DNA of 62,442 nt, counting the filler, from Choristocarpus tenellus KU-1152 (taxonomy: Eukaryota; Protista; Phaeophyceae): assembly GCA_964200185.2 (NCBI GenBank). It is 6 parts of 6 records of this genome, joined end to end, with 100 filler letters (N's around TTAATTAATTAA, not from the genome) between each part and the next. Parts side by side here need not be neighbours in the genome. Positions count along the whole stretch, not along the records: positions 6,241 to 19,030 come from CAXNAD020001704.1; positions 19,131 to 23,574 come from CAXNAD020014527.1; positions 23,675 to 53,135 come from CAXNAD020000108.1; 3 more parts are not named here. One strand, written 5' to 3'. A program made the translations under genes and the position numbers. Of the stretch, positions 12,691 through 24,312 are shown one piece after another. The first letter of the stretch is position 1; every line of letters starts with the position of its first letter. A model generated the notes under the pieces. The model was not told where the DNA came from. It was given only the letters and a program-made list of their open reading frames with translations, and made no database searches.

Positions 12691-15600
12691 TCAGCCGTCT
12701 TGCCAACACTTGCGTACATAGTGTACTACCAACCAAGCAATTACCACTGGACCGTATTTCAGGTACAAATATAGCAGCATGCCTGCCACCGCAAAACGGG
12801 ACATCTGTCGCACATGCCAAGATGCTGACCTAACATCCTCTGACATATCGTGGCATCCCGCTTTGCCGGACTTTGACGTGGAGCACAGCCTAAGCAACGT
12901 ACGTGTCTCTGAGGAGGCCGCAATGCGCTCCTGTCGGGCTGCTTGTGCAGCAACAATGCCTGCATGAAAATTCTTCAGCGCTTGAGGAGCCTACAAGCAT
13001 CAAGTTATGTGCATATAGTGGGGAGGACAGGGTTGATGAGTTGTGGATCCGCTTACAGTGGTGGAGTATAAGGCATGGGCGAGATGAGAATAGTATATAC
13101 AGAGTAGTACCAACGAAAGAGGGATGTGCAAATACATTCACTACTTCAGCTCCCCACTTATGATTCTCTGATACGATCATCTCGGGAACTCAGTGTATTA
13201 CTCAAACCCAAACATGATAACCATTATACCCATTGTTATCAACTAGTAACTCTCTTCCAAACATGGGGCAATCAGGTCATCTTCAGCATCTTGCACGTGC
13301 AGAGTGAATTTCCTCCGACTATTGCATTGAAAATGTGATATCCAGCGCACAACTTGATTTTCAAAATCTCAATCTCTTCGACATCTGGTGAGAGGGGAGT
13401 GGGGGAAGTCCTTTACGGGACCTGTATATATCTCAGCATGTAACTATGGAGGGGGAGGTTAATGGTGATTTGGCAAAGCAAAGCGCCCCACCTGGGACTT
13501 ACCTGGGACTTCTCTCCAATGAAAATTGCGAAGAGGCTCCGTGCCAAGCCTACCATCGGAGCACCCACGGCCTTGCCATCCAGCATGAGCTGGATTGTCC
13601 CTCCACTGCCCGGTAAGGTTACTGCTGCCAACACCATGCCCTTGTCCACCTCCTCCGGCAACTGGTTTGGATGGGATGAAATAGATGTGTGCGATCACGC
13701 AGGGGTGTATGGTCAAGGACAGGGTCAGAGATGGGGCTATGTTTATGATGGGATTGCGTGGAGGGTGGTGTTGGGGCTTAGAAACACGACTTGGCATAAT
13801 GGCAACCTTTGTGGATACTCACAAGAGATCTAACACAGGTACCCCAAACTAATCGAGCAGAACTTATCCTTGACTACCTGTTGGAGCGGGGGAGGGGTGC
13901 ATGTTTTCGTGCGCTGCCGCTTCAAGTGTGTGATGTTCATTGCATTGCTCAGCACCATTTTCATTGAACACGTAGTTCAGGTGGAAAGGTTACACAAAGA
14001 GTTTCTGTAAACCCTAATGAATCGACTTTACTCGTGCGCAAAATATCGACCGGACTACGACTGCACCACCAAAATCCTTTCGAGGGCCCTTTGTTGTTGA
14101 TGAAAGCATTACAATAATCTTGGAATATTGAGAATGCTCATGTGTGTGGCAATGTACAACTCAGGTCAGGACGGACTCCAACATCTTCAGCATGAGAGAA
14201 AAGGTGTGACACACACCTTGGCCGACTACCATTCCACCACCATCCAAACACAAGAGATACAAGAATATTCACTGCCAACGAACCCAAACCGGGCCGTCAA
14301 ACCTCCCCTACCTTACCATTCTCCCTTTCAATAGACAAACAAGAATGTGGTGCTTCTACTACCAACCAAGAGCAGAAGACCCACAAACCATTCCCGAGCT
14401 CATCACCTCGTTGAGCGCTGACTGCAATTGCTGCATCTCCCACACGTCAAGGCCAACGTCCTTGGTGCTGTGTCCCAATCGCTGTTCGATCACACTCTTG
14501 ATGGTGGATCTCTGAACCCAAATGCAACCCCATCTCCATCCACCAGTGCATCCACAATGGCATCTCCAGCCTCTCCAAGGGTGTCAGTGGAGCCATCATT
14601 CCAGGGGGCCAGGGCCTGGTACGTCTCAGAGGGGAAGGGAAGCGCACGGAGGAGAGGGTTGGCATTGTACAAAATGAGAGAGCACACCCTGTAGTATATA
14701 TATAGGGAGGGTGCGATGCAGAGGCAAGACCCCTCGAGGGATGAGCCAAAGAAGCAAACGTACAAGCAGGGTTGCACCTAGTCCTTCCCTTCCACTCCAT
14801 GCATGTCACAGCTCACACCCACAAAATAACCTCCATGATCTGAATTCCTCAATGTCCTCCCCACCACGATATTCCCTAGTGATACACCCAAGACCCACCT
14901 GCGTCAATGCTTCCAAATCCGCAAAGAAGGCAACCGGTGGAGACATGAGGGGGACCTTGGTGAATAACGTAGGCCCGTGCGCTACCAGCTCCAGCACACT
15001 CTCATGATCCTCCAGGTCATCACTGTCGAGGCCTTCCACAGAGATGGTTCTACTGGGGAAACCATCCCTTCTCCCCAGCACCTTGCTAGTGACTTCCACC
15101 GTAGCCTGCATCATGTTCATAAACGATGGGCAAGGACAGGGCGAGAAGGTCAAGGGCAAGGGGAAGGGCCAGAACACAGGGAGCAGGTGAGTTGTGCATG
15201 AATATTCTATTGTGAGCGGTTCTTGCTACCACTTATCTCGCATCAACATGCACCATGCTTCAAAGTACATACTGTTATTGATTGAGAACTCTAGCTTCAA
15301 GGTACATCAATTCTGTGAAAGAATGGTGGAGTAAGGAAAGGACGGTCAGGGCCCCCGTGTGCCTCACCTCAGAATCCCAATCCAAACAACATCCTGCAAC
15401 ACCAGTCCACCCAGTTGCCGATACCACTCACGTGCACAGGATGGTACTTGGCTGGTACTAGCCGCAGCCGAGTGTACCCTACCTCCCGCTCATCAGTCTC
15501 GTTCCATCCCTCAATATCCCCTAGAGTCCTCCCCATAACCCCTCCTCCAAATCCACCGTAAATGCTGTCACTACGCTTGCAGTTGCGCAGCACAGCCCTG

Positions 15601-15973
15601 TTGTCCTTCTCTCGGAAGACACACTGCCCTTCACCCCATTGCCCCCACTCTCCGGCAACTAGAGCACCTTGTCTCTCCTCGAAGGTCCACTCCACGGAAC
15701 CCTTTCCCAAGAGACGTGGGGGGCTCTTTGAAGACTCCACTGTTGGGTGCCCCCCTCTCTTCCAGAAGGGTTTCTTCACTGCCCTAAGAAGGCTATCCTC
15801 TGGGGCACGCTGCTCCCACCACCCCTCCTCAACGCTTCTCCCCAGTGACTGGAGAACAACCTTGTTACCAGCAACATCCTCCATCCCTTCACCACTAAGG
15901 AGTCTCACACCGAAGACTGGCGGGGCCTTCAACCCTGGAGCTGAGTGCTCATTGCACGACTCAAAGTACCCAC
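12691..15973 (-). pseudogene. Chalcone-isomerase-fold (CHI-like/FAP-type) protein with C-terminal hydrophobic helix; apparent frameshift; 5' end not found
   Basis: Predicted exons ~15432-15973, ~14832-15103, 14407-14688, 13503-13661, 12691-12990 join to give QVGLGC..WRVCSLILY..LQSALNE-LPEEVDKGMVL..IQLMLDGKAVGAPMVGLARSLFAIFIGEKSQ-APQALKNFHAGI, resembling the CHI-fold C-terminus; the 14407-14688 exon changes frame near 14500. Confidence 0.55.
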
Positions 15974-18391
15974 CTGATGGAACAAAACAGATATTTGTTG
16001 TAGACAGCACAACGGAGAGGTGAGGTGTGTTGGGAGGGGAATGATAAAACATGTACACACACACGTAGGTCATGTTTGGGGACAAGATGTTCCTCATTGA
16101 TCGCATACTAGGCACAATTTTGTAATGTTACTTTAGTGAGGTCATTGACATCTCGCAACTAGCATATCTCTACTCCGGAGTACTTAGTGTACGGCATGGG
16201 CACACCAGCCACCAGCACCATACCATTGAGTCAATCCGAGGTGTATTTTAATCGCACAAGGACTACCTTTTCGCAGGGGATTTTGTCAGTCCAGACACGT
16301 TGAAATAGATTTTGAGCAAATGTCCAAAACGTTGGTGGGCATGGACTGAGTCACGAGAAACAATTTGGTCTGGGGCCAGCCCTCAGTCCAAGCATGTTGA
16401 AGTTGTTGACGACCACGGACATGTACAAGTGCCTTTCACCTTTTTTGATCTACACAAAACGTGTCCCAATCTATCCCAAACACATTGGGAGGAATATAGT
16501 TGTTTTGAATGTTTCAAAGTGTTGACAGGCTGGACCTAAGCCAATTAGGATACAACATAGGATGGCCCTGGTCCAGTTGGACATGTCAGGAAAGTATTGG
16601 AACCTGTCCAGGTCGAGGACAGGACAAGCCCCAGTGCTTTATGAGCCTGGTCCAGATATTTCCAAACGTTGAAACCTATCGGACCTGTGTACCAGACAGA
16701 TTGGACCGTACAGGTTCCAATATTTAGTGGAAGTTGGTCGGACATACTGGAAAATATGAAAATATAATATATAAACTACCAGTTTAGTTGGGGACATGGT
16801 CCCTTCCCTTTAGGCGAACCTGATGAAAAAGGTTCTACTAGTTTTATACCTGTGTTTTTTGGAGGGAGGAATGGAATACCTTTTCCTGTCTTTGGGTTGA
16901 CGCGCGTCTGCATAACGCGCGACAACGCTCACGTACGAACCACGAAGAATTGATGACAATGAACCTCACACATTTCATGTCAAAAACCTCAGACTATATT
17001 GTAACCTTTCTCATTTTGACCGAAGGAAGGTTTTTGTATTGAAATACCTCCCACGCCCAACACCAGACCAACGTGAAGTTATCGACCCCTTCAAATATCA
17101 AATGTCTATCCTCCTCGTCATCACAGCTACCTAGTGTTCAATATTGTAAGGATATTTCGCTTTGCGTCCACCAAGTGCTACATAATCGACGGGTCAGTAT
17201 CCCTTGGGGGAATTTGACTTCTTTGTGTTTCCCGCGACCAATTTTCGTCAACAACAGTCCGATACTATTTGCCCCTCTGTTCCCAGTCGTTTTTCTCAGT
17301 GGACATCTCTCAACCTATGGCACGTGGAAGTTGTAGGCAATGATCCCAACGAAAACTACTCCTGGAACTTACTTCCTGCCGATAAAAATGGACAATGGGA
17401 GGGTGTCGACCAGGGTCTATGATGGCTCATCCTCGGAACTTCTGACGTCTGAAAGAAATTGATGACGGTAGCTGGGTCGATATCCACGCTCTAGCCAACG
17501 CAATCAGAGGGACGGAAGTGAGAATGTTGTCTGCTGCGCTTCATTTGTGTTGCCGTGTTCTACTCTGATTTTGGGATGAACTTGTGGCGAATTTTCTATC
17601 TCTATACCCTGCTGGGTGTCCCTGCCAGTACCCTCTTCGTGCCTTGTGTACTTGGCTTCACCACCTCACCTCTCAATTGATATCAGTTGCCTTACGCTTT
17701 CTAGAGAATTACACTCGCCCAGTCAGATTGAGGTGTTGCGACAATCCTGTCGAGCGATAATCCTGTTAAGTAAACCCGTGCCTCTCTTGTGATAACCATG
17801 ATAGACTACTGTGGGCCTTTGGTGACCAGGATGGGGTACTGCAGGCGTCTCACACTCGAGAAGCTGTACGTGGGAAACAGAGGACGTCTGTACCGATGGG
17901 AGAGAGGAGGGCAAGTTCCGCAAGTTAGTCGGCACTATGCTACAAAAGGTCCAGGAGGAGAGGAACAGTGTATGTGTGGGGGGGATGCTTGGGCAGACCC
18001 CAGAGGGCTGTACCGGTGTAAAAGAAGAGAGGACCAGTCAGTTTCCATCAGCTGTGCTCCAGAAGCACCAAGGGGAAGAAGGTGCTGGAAGGAACTCTGC
18101 CTGGGGGGGGAAGAGGAGAAGAAGCTCCACCAGCTGGCAGTCACAGTTATTGGGCAGCACCAAGAGTGAATTGGTAGAGATGGGCTGCTGTCTGGGTAGC
18201 AGGGGGGTGGGCTGTGCACGGGGGGTCTATTCCTGCCCGTCGAGAAGCTAATGACCTAGCTATATGTATGTGTGCATGGATCTGGTGCGAAGTTCCTATT
18301 GGCTTGACCCTGGAGCCCCCACTGTCAATGGGGAACCCCAACTGTAATAGAGTGGTGTTCAGATCTCTACACCACTGGACTAGCCGGTCAT

Positions 18392-18524
18392 GGTTCAAGG
18401 TATCTGGGGGGTGGGTGGCGGCTGTCCATTTGGGACCATTTTTTTCATGTGCACGTTTCCTGGTTATGCCCCAAATAGATACCCCTGTGTAGATACTTCC
18501 CCCCCCCACCAGATACTTTGGGTC
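18392..18524 (+). mobile_element. MITE-like family B, short complete copy
   Basis: TIR CAAGGTATCTGG...CCAGATACTTTG; inner GTCCATTTGGG/CCCAAATAGAT; flanked by TCAT on both sides. Confidence 0.75.
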
Positions 18525-21201
18525 TCATACCCAATCAAGATTTTATCTTATAATAATTCAAGTCCATCCAGTACCACCGTCATAGCTGACGTATGAAATG
18601 CTAAAGTAGCAGGTAAGGGAATCCAAGGAGTTTAGGGGACATGCACATCCACCAGTGCCTACAGGATGTTGCTGTTCTCATCATCTCTTTCCTTTTGGGG
18701 TAGATCATTTTTTACAACCCTCTTTCCTTCATGTGATAGGAGATGAGTAATGTTAGGAATAGATGGACCAGGTGTAGCACTGAATTTCTTATCATTTTTT
18801 TTTCTGTAGGATTCAAGGGTCTAACCTAGACTTCAAGAGAAAGTCGATAATTGCAAAACACCATTCAAATTTTGCATTGAAAAGAAGAATACATGAAAGA
18901 TACTAAGAAGTGAAGACACAAAGGCTATCATCAGGAGGATGCATAGAACGGTTGGGGGGGGGGGGGGGAAGGGTGGAGCGGCCCCATTGATAGGACGGGT
19001 GGGGGGCCCCCCCCCTATACTAGACTTTTTNNNNNNNNNNNNNNNNNNNNNNNNNNNNNNNNNNNNNNNNNNNNTTAATTAATTAANNNNNNNNNNNNNN
19101 NNNNNNNNNNNNNNNNNNNNNNNNNNNNNNCTCTGCTGGTGGATGACCTATCGAAGGACACAGCTGAGTGCAAGGTGACTCCCATATACCCCTACCCCCT
19201 CAAGAGCTTCAAATGTTCAAAACAGACAAGACAGTTATTATTCAGATACCTCAACAATGTGTTCATATGCTCCTGTGAAGCAGCACCTACAATGCCCCAG
19301 GCCGCTGCCAATAGAAGTAATATCTTGCCTACTACAATGCGAATTAGTTGAATGTTGTGTTCCTGTTTGTCTAATTATTATTATCATTATTATTATTTCC
19401 CAATTTTGTTTGTTTACTCAAGGTAACCGCATGTGTTACCCATGTTAGCTGTGGGTTGCTGCATGTCAACTACTTATTTTTACCTGCTCTCACTGTTGTT
19501 ATGAGCATGTGCTCTCTCTCTCTCTCTCTCTAGCATCTTGTGTCTAACTGACTCTTTAAATGCTTGTCATCCAGTGGTTGCTTTTAGAAGATGATTGATC
19601 TCTCTCCCTCTCTTTCCCTTTGCCTGCAAAGACTACACCAACTGAGCCAATATATCTTCTCATGTTGCTGAAATATAGGCACATATGCCATGAGTAGTCC
19701 AGGCCATTGCCAATGAGGTCCATTTTTCTACCTTGGCATTTCAAGTACTTATCGTATTCATCCTCCTGTGTAGGGAGCTAAGAAGGTGCCATGCTGGGAT
19801 GGTACCCGTAAACTCTGATTTGGCGAAATATCATTATATCGGGTGTCCCACGAGGGCAGGCAGTTGCAGCTACTCTTTGCCTTAGTAGGACAGTACCATT
19901 TAAAACTTGACTAGTCCTGCTAAGTGTTTTCGTTTCTTGCTTTCTCTGATTTGAAGTATATTTTTAAAATCGTGTGGAAGAATAATATTACGGGAGTGGG
20001 TTGTTTCATGGAATAATAATTGATCGAATGGAACCGAAAGTTGTTCTGGACAACAGATACTGCGTGCAAGCCTTGTCAACCGTATAGAATAAATGGACTC
20101 CACCATTATGATTTCAACATCTGTTATAGAGCAACTGACCCCCAAATATGTCCAGACAATGGATACTGTTCTTGGGCAAAAGACCCCAATGTCGTAGTGG
20201 GTAATATTCACTACAATGTACAGGCTGGATGTTCTAGGGCAAAGCTAGAGTTGTTGGTTCTATTGTCCAAGGTGTAGACTTATACATCACTTTAATGCCA
20301 TGGGGCACATGAAGGAAGGACAAAAGCAGTTTCATTTTTTCAGAGCCTTTTGAAAGTGTTACCTTGTGCACATACGAATGACCCCTTGCTATGAGGTCCT
20401 TTGTTGATACCTATCTCCTCCAAGATACTTAGCTGTTGCCAAGCTAAACAAATAATCTTTTCCATCCCCTCCCTGCCCACCTCCGCTCCCACTCTATCCC
20501 TACTGAGTAGATTAAATTCCAAGCACCAGGTCGACCGGGAATAGTGCCTTTGGTGGTGATAGTCAAGAGCCCTGTCTTTGTAGGTATTGACTGTGAGAAA
20601 TCGACAAGCTTCAAGGTTCTTGCTTATGACGAGCTTAACGATGATGGCAGTGATGGCAGAGATGACTGGTGATACTTCAACATCATCATTGCAACACACG
20701 GTTGCTGGGTATAGTGTGGCATAGCGTAATACACCACATAGTATCGTCCTCCTGAGAATTTGACAGATTATCTGTTCAACAATTTTTGGTGGGAGCTGTC
20801 TGGAGACAAGCATCTCTCTAGGTGCAGGTTGCAGTAGTGATTTGATTTGACTTGGAAATTGTGTAACTTGTGTACAATACTTGGTGCAAAAACCTTGCGT
20901 GGCTTGTGTGTAGTGCAATTCATTATAGACAGAATGGACCAAGTCTGTCCTAAATGGTTGCTTCTTGGTTGCAGCAAATGAACAAGAGATACGAATACAT
21001 AGTGCTGAAAGATGGTAATCATTGGCTACTTCATAACCCCTCTTACACCTAACACAAAGTGGCAGTCTCGTTCCTCTCTTTGACATCACCCAACTGGTGG
21101 TCACATGAAATTTCTCCAAATGCTGCTACAGACAAGGAGCTCCCACTACATTCGAAGTAGATCCAGTAGGAGTTTTCAAATTTCACTTCTCTAGTTTATC
21201 C

Positions 21202-23233
21202 TCACTTCTTCCCTTTGCCAGTCCTGGACTTGATCTGCTTGAGAGGCTTGCCTTCCACCTTGGCCTTCTGCTTCTGGGCTTTCTTTTTTGCCTGAGATCA
21301 TGGGTGGTGTGTATGTGTGTGCCAGAAGTATGTCCAGTGTTAGATTAACATTGAATGCTGGGGGAGGTAAGTATTGAGCACTGTACTGTAACTGATCAGA
21401 GGTAGTTCACTTTTGTTCACCTCAAAAGCTACACAGAGCAATATATGAAAAAAAAGGATGACTGCTACGGATCTCTACATGCTGGTGAGATAAATAGTGA
21501 AAAATAAAATAAGAAATTATAGATACGTAGTTACCATTCCGAATATGAAGAGTACCTTGGGCAAAGAATTAAAAAAAAGGGTTTCCAGACTTGTTGGCAG
21601 GGATAACTTTTGTTCGGCAGAGTAGTAAATGGGGTGTATGTACAGAACTAGTAGTAGTAGTACTTAGTGTTGGTACAAATAAAAAAAAAGACTAACCTGT
21701 GTGGCTTGGGTTATGCCAGGTGTTGATATCTTGACGTCCCCAATCATTACGGCAACAAGTTCGTTGTCTGTGATGGCCTTCATCAGAGGTCGCTGGGATG
21801 GTGTGCAATCCTTGTTGCGTGAGAATAACTCAAGAGCTTGCTTTGAGGCCTTGCCCCGCTTCTGGTGCCCAGGGGTCAGCTTTACCTGTCCTTCATTGCA
21901 GAGTTGAGACAACGGATGTGAACAGGCAGTGGATATAGAGATAAAAAAAAGCTCTACTACTATTTGATGTAACTATGATTGAGGGATCGAGTGATGGGGC
22001 AGCTGCCATAAGGGCTATGAAGGGTCCCCACGGATTGGATTTTGGAAACCCTTGAACCCCCATGCTGGCAAGCCTCAGAATGATGTCTCACATTAGGTCC
22101 AGAATGTTCTGTAGTGAATTATACAACTTGGGATCTATTGCATAACAGCGTCCTATTTGCACCACTCAGCAGGGAGGAATAGAAACCGTCAGCTCGATCA
22201 TCTGTTTTTCTTGAGCAGAGGTCTTCCAGTACCCAAGGATCTGTTTGATCCATGACACACATTCAAGTTTGCTGCACCCTTTCCGCGCCCCCCCCCCCTG
22301 TTTGAAACACTGCAACTAGAGACGTATACCATACCAGCCTTACTAGAGAGGTATACCATACCAGGCATGAGACAAGATAGCAACAAAAAACCCCAGGAGA
22401 TCGTTGTCTGCACACATACCGTGAGGCATCATACAAGGGAACAACACCAGTACTTCCCTCCAAAATCTTGCTCTCCTAACAATGATACCTCCCTCTCTAC
22501 CTGTGCCTTCAGCACATGAATACAACACCACACCTTGTACTTGAAGTCCCTCAGGCTCATGTAAGGTGCACACACAGCTACAGCATAGAGCAGCACATCA
22601 TCATTCAGCGGCTTTCCAGTCAGCCGATCCAGATCGCTTGCCGCTGCTGCAGCAGTCCCATCCTCCACCCCCTCCTCATCCATGAGCTGTTGCAGCTCTT
22701 CCTCTTCTTTCTTGTTCCATGCACTCCGGCTCATCTTGTCCTCCTGCCTCCCCACCTCCTCGCCTCCTCCCACTGCCGCCTTCTTCTCCTCTTCAACTCC
22801 CTCCCCACTATCAACAAATGCAGAGTCTACTTCCTCCGCATTGCTTTCCTCACTCTCGCCCTCCTCTTGCTCTCCTATGCCTTTCGCCTCTTGGTCATTG
22901 GTTACTCCATTATTGTTATCGTCGCCGTCACCTACTTCGCTGTCGACACTCTCCCCCTCACCACCCCGCCCCTTCCCTTCAACGTCCTCATCTTGGCCAT
23001 TAGACAACGTTACAGCATCAATCAATTCATTGCCCTCATTGATGCTATTCAGCACAGGCGAAGCGATCACTGTGCCTTGTGATGCAGCAGCACCTGCCCC
23101 TACCCCTTTCCCAACGCCTTCCTCATCATCTCCTTGAGGCTCTTGCTTCTGTGCATCAGAGCCATACTTGCGCATGATCCCTGCCAGGAAGCCGCTCCGG
23201 TTTCTCACCCGACGTAGGTCTGCCTCAGCAAAA
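21202..23233 (-). CDS. NEMF: Ribosome quality-control factor NEMF/Rqc2, last three exons (NFACT-C domain); 5' part missing beyond gap
   Basis: Exons 22534-23233, 21697-21885, 21202-21291 with in-phase GT-AG joins: [46 protein letters not shown], the conserved NEMF C-terminal motif; stop TGA at 21202-21204. Confidence 0.9.
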
Positions 23234-23483
23234 CTAGGGGACAAGACAATAATTTGATTTGGACATTATTACGGCATGTGCATGGGGCAGGGAGCAGGGG
23301 TTGAGAACATGTAAAACACAATCAAGGGGAGTCAGGTAGAGTTGCATCCTCTTCGGCAAGACTTGTGAAGAGGACAAAAGATAAGTGTTGGTGTGCGTGA
23401 AACAAAGGTGATGTAGACACAGGGGTGTGCGACATTGTCCAGTGCATCACACCACACGAGGAATTTCTTGCTGATAGCAACCA

Positions 23484-23708
23484 GACTCAAAGTATCTGGG
23501 GGGGGGGGGGTGGCGGCTGCACATTTGGAGGCAACTTTTTCACCTCGGGTTTTTTTTGTTTTTTGGGTGCATACNNNNNNNNNNNNNNNNNNNNNNNNNN
23601 NNNNNNNNNNNNNNNNNNTTAATTAATTAANNNNNNNNNNNNNNNNNNNNNNNNNNNNNNNNNNNNNNNNNNNNCCCCCCCCACACACACACACACAGAT
23701 ACTTTAAG
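23484..23708 (+). mobile_element. MITE-like family B ends flanking an assembly gap
   Basis: GACTCAAAGTATCTGGGG..GGCGGCTGCACATTTGG before the gap; CAGATACTTT after it. Confidence 0.55.
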
Positions 23709-24026
23709 CGAAGCTGGAAAAGTTAATAATATCTCAATATGTGATCTGAGTTACTATTTAGTTTAGAGCACTCCAGGGTATCCATCTCACTCTCTACAAT
23801 CTCCATCCCTCATCGCACATTTCCATACACCCTTTGCCACTATCATAACCGTAACCCTACAAGTCATGCCCAGATTATTCTTGATAACAATTACAAAAAT
23901 ACTGAACTGGTTGGGGCCATGTATCAAAAGCGATAATTTCACTCATTGGATAGGTCGTATAATACATTGAGCCATTAGCGTGCACTAGGCCCGCCGCTCT
24001 CCTTACCCTTGTAATCCTGTGTTATC

Positions 24027-24268
24027 GAGTGAAAGCATTGTTGCCCTGTTTGTCTGTTCGGGGCTCGACTTACCACCTTTTTTTTTTATTATGTCGTTTT
24101 TCGGTTTTCTGTGTAAACACAGTTACCCAAAAATTAAAAACCACTACAAAAGGTATGTCCGGAGCAAGGATATTGACACTTGCTGACAAACACGATAGCC
24201 AAAAGGAATAGAAACCGCAACATTGGATTTACGACTACGAACAGACACGGTTCTACCCTCTCAAATGT
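24027..24268 (+). mobile_element. MITE-like family A, copy 4 (left TIR partly deleted), intronic
   Basis: GAGTGAAAGCATT..TTGCCCTGTTTGTC..GGAGCAAGGATATTGACACTTGCTGACAAACACGATAGCCAAAA..CTACCCTCTCAAATG. Confidence 0.75.
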
Positions 24269-24312
24269 GCTGGTTCATTGCTCTTTCTGATAACTAACGA
24301 GTACGGTCTTAC

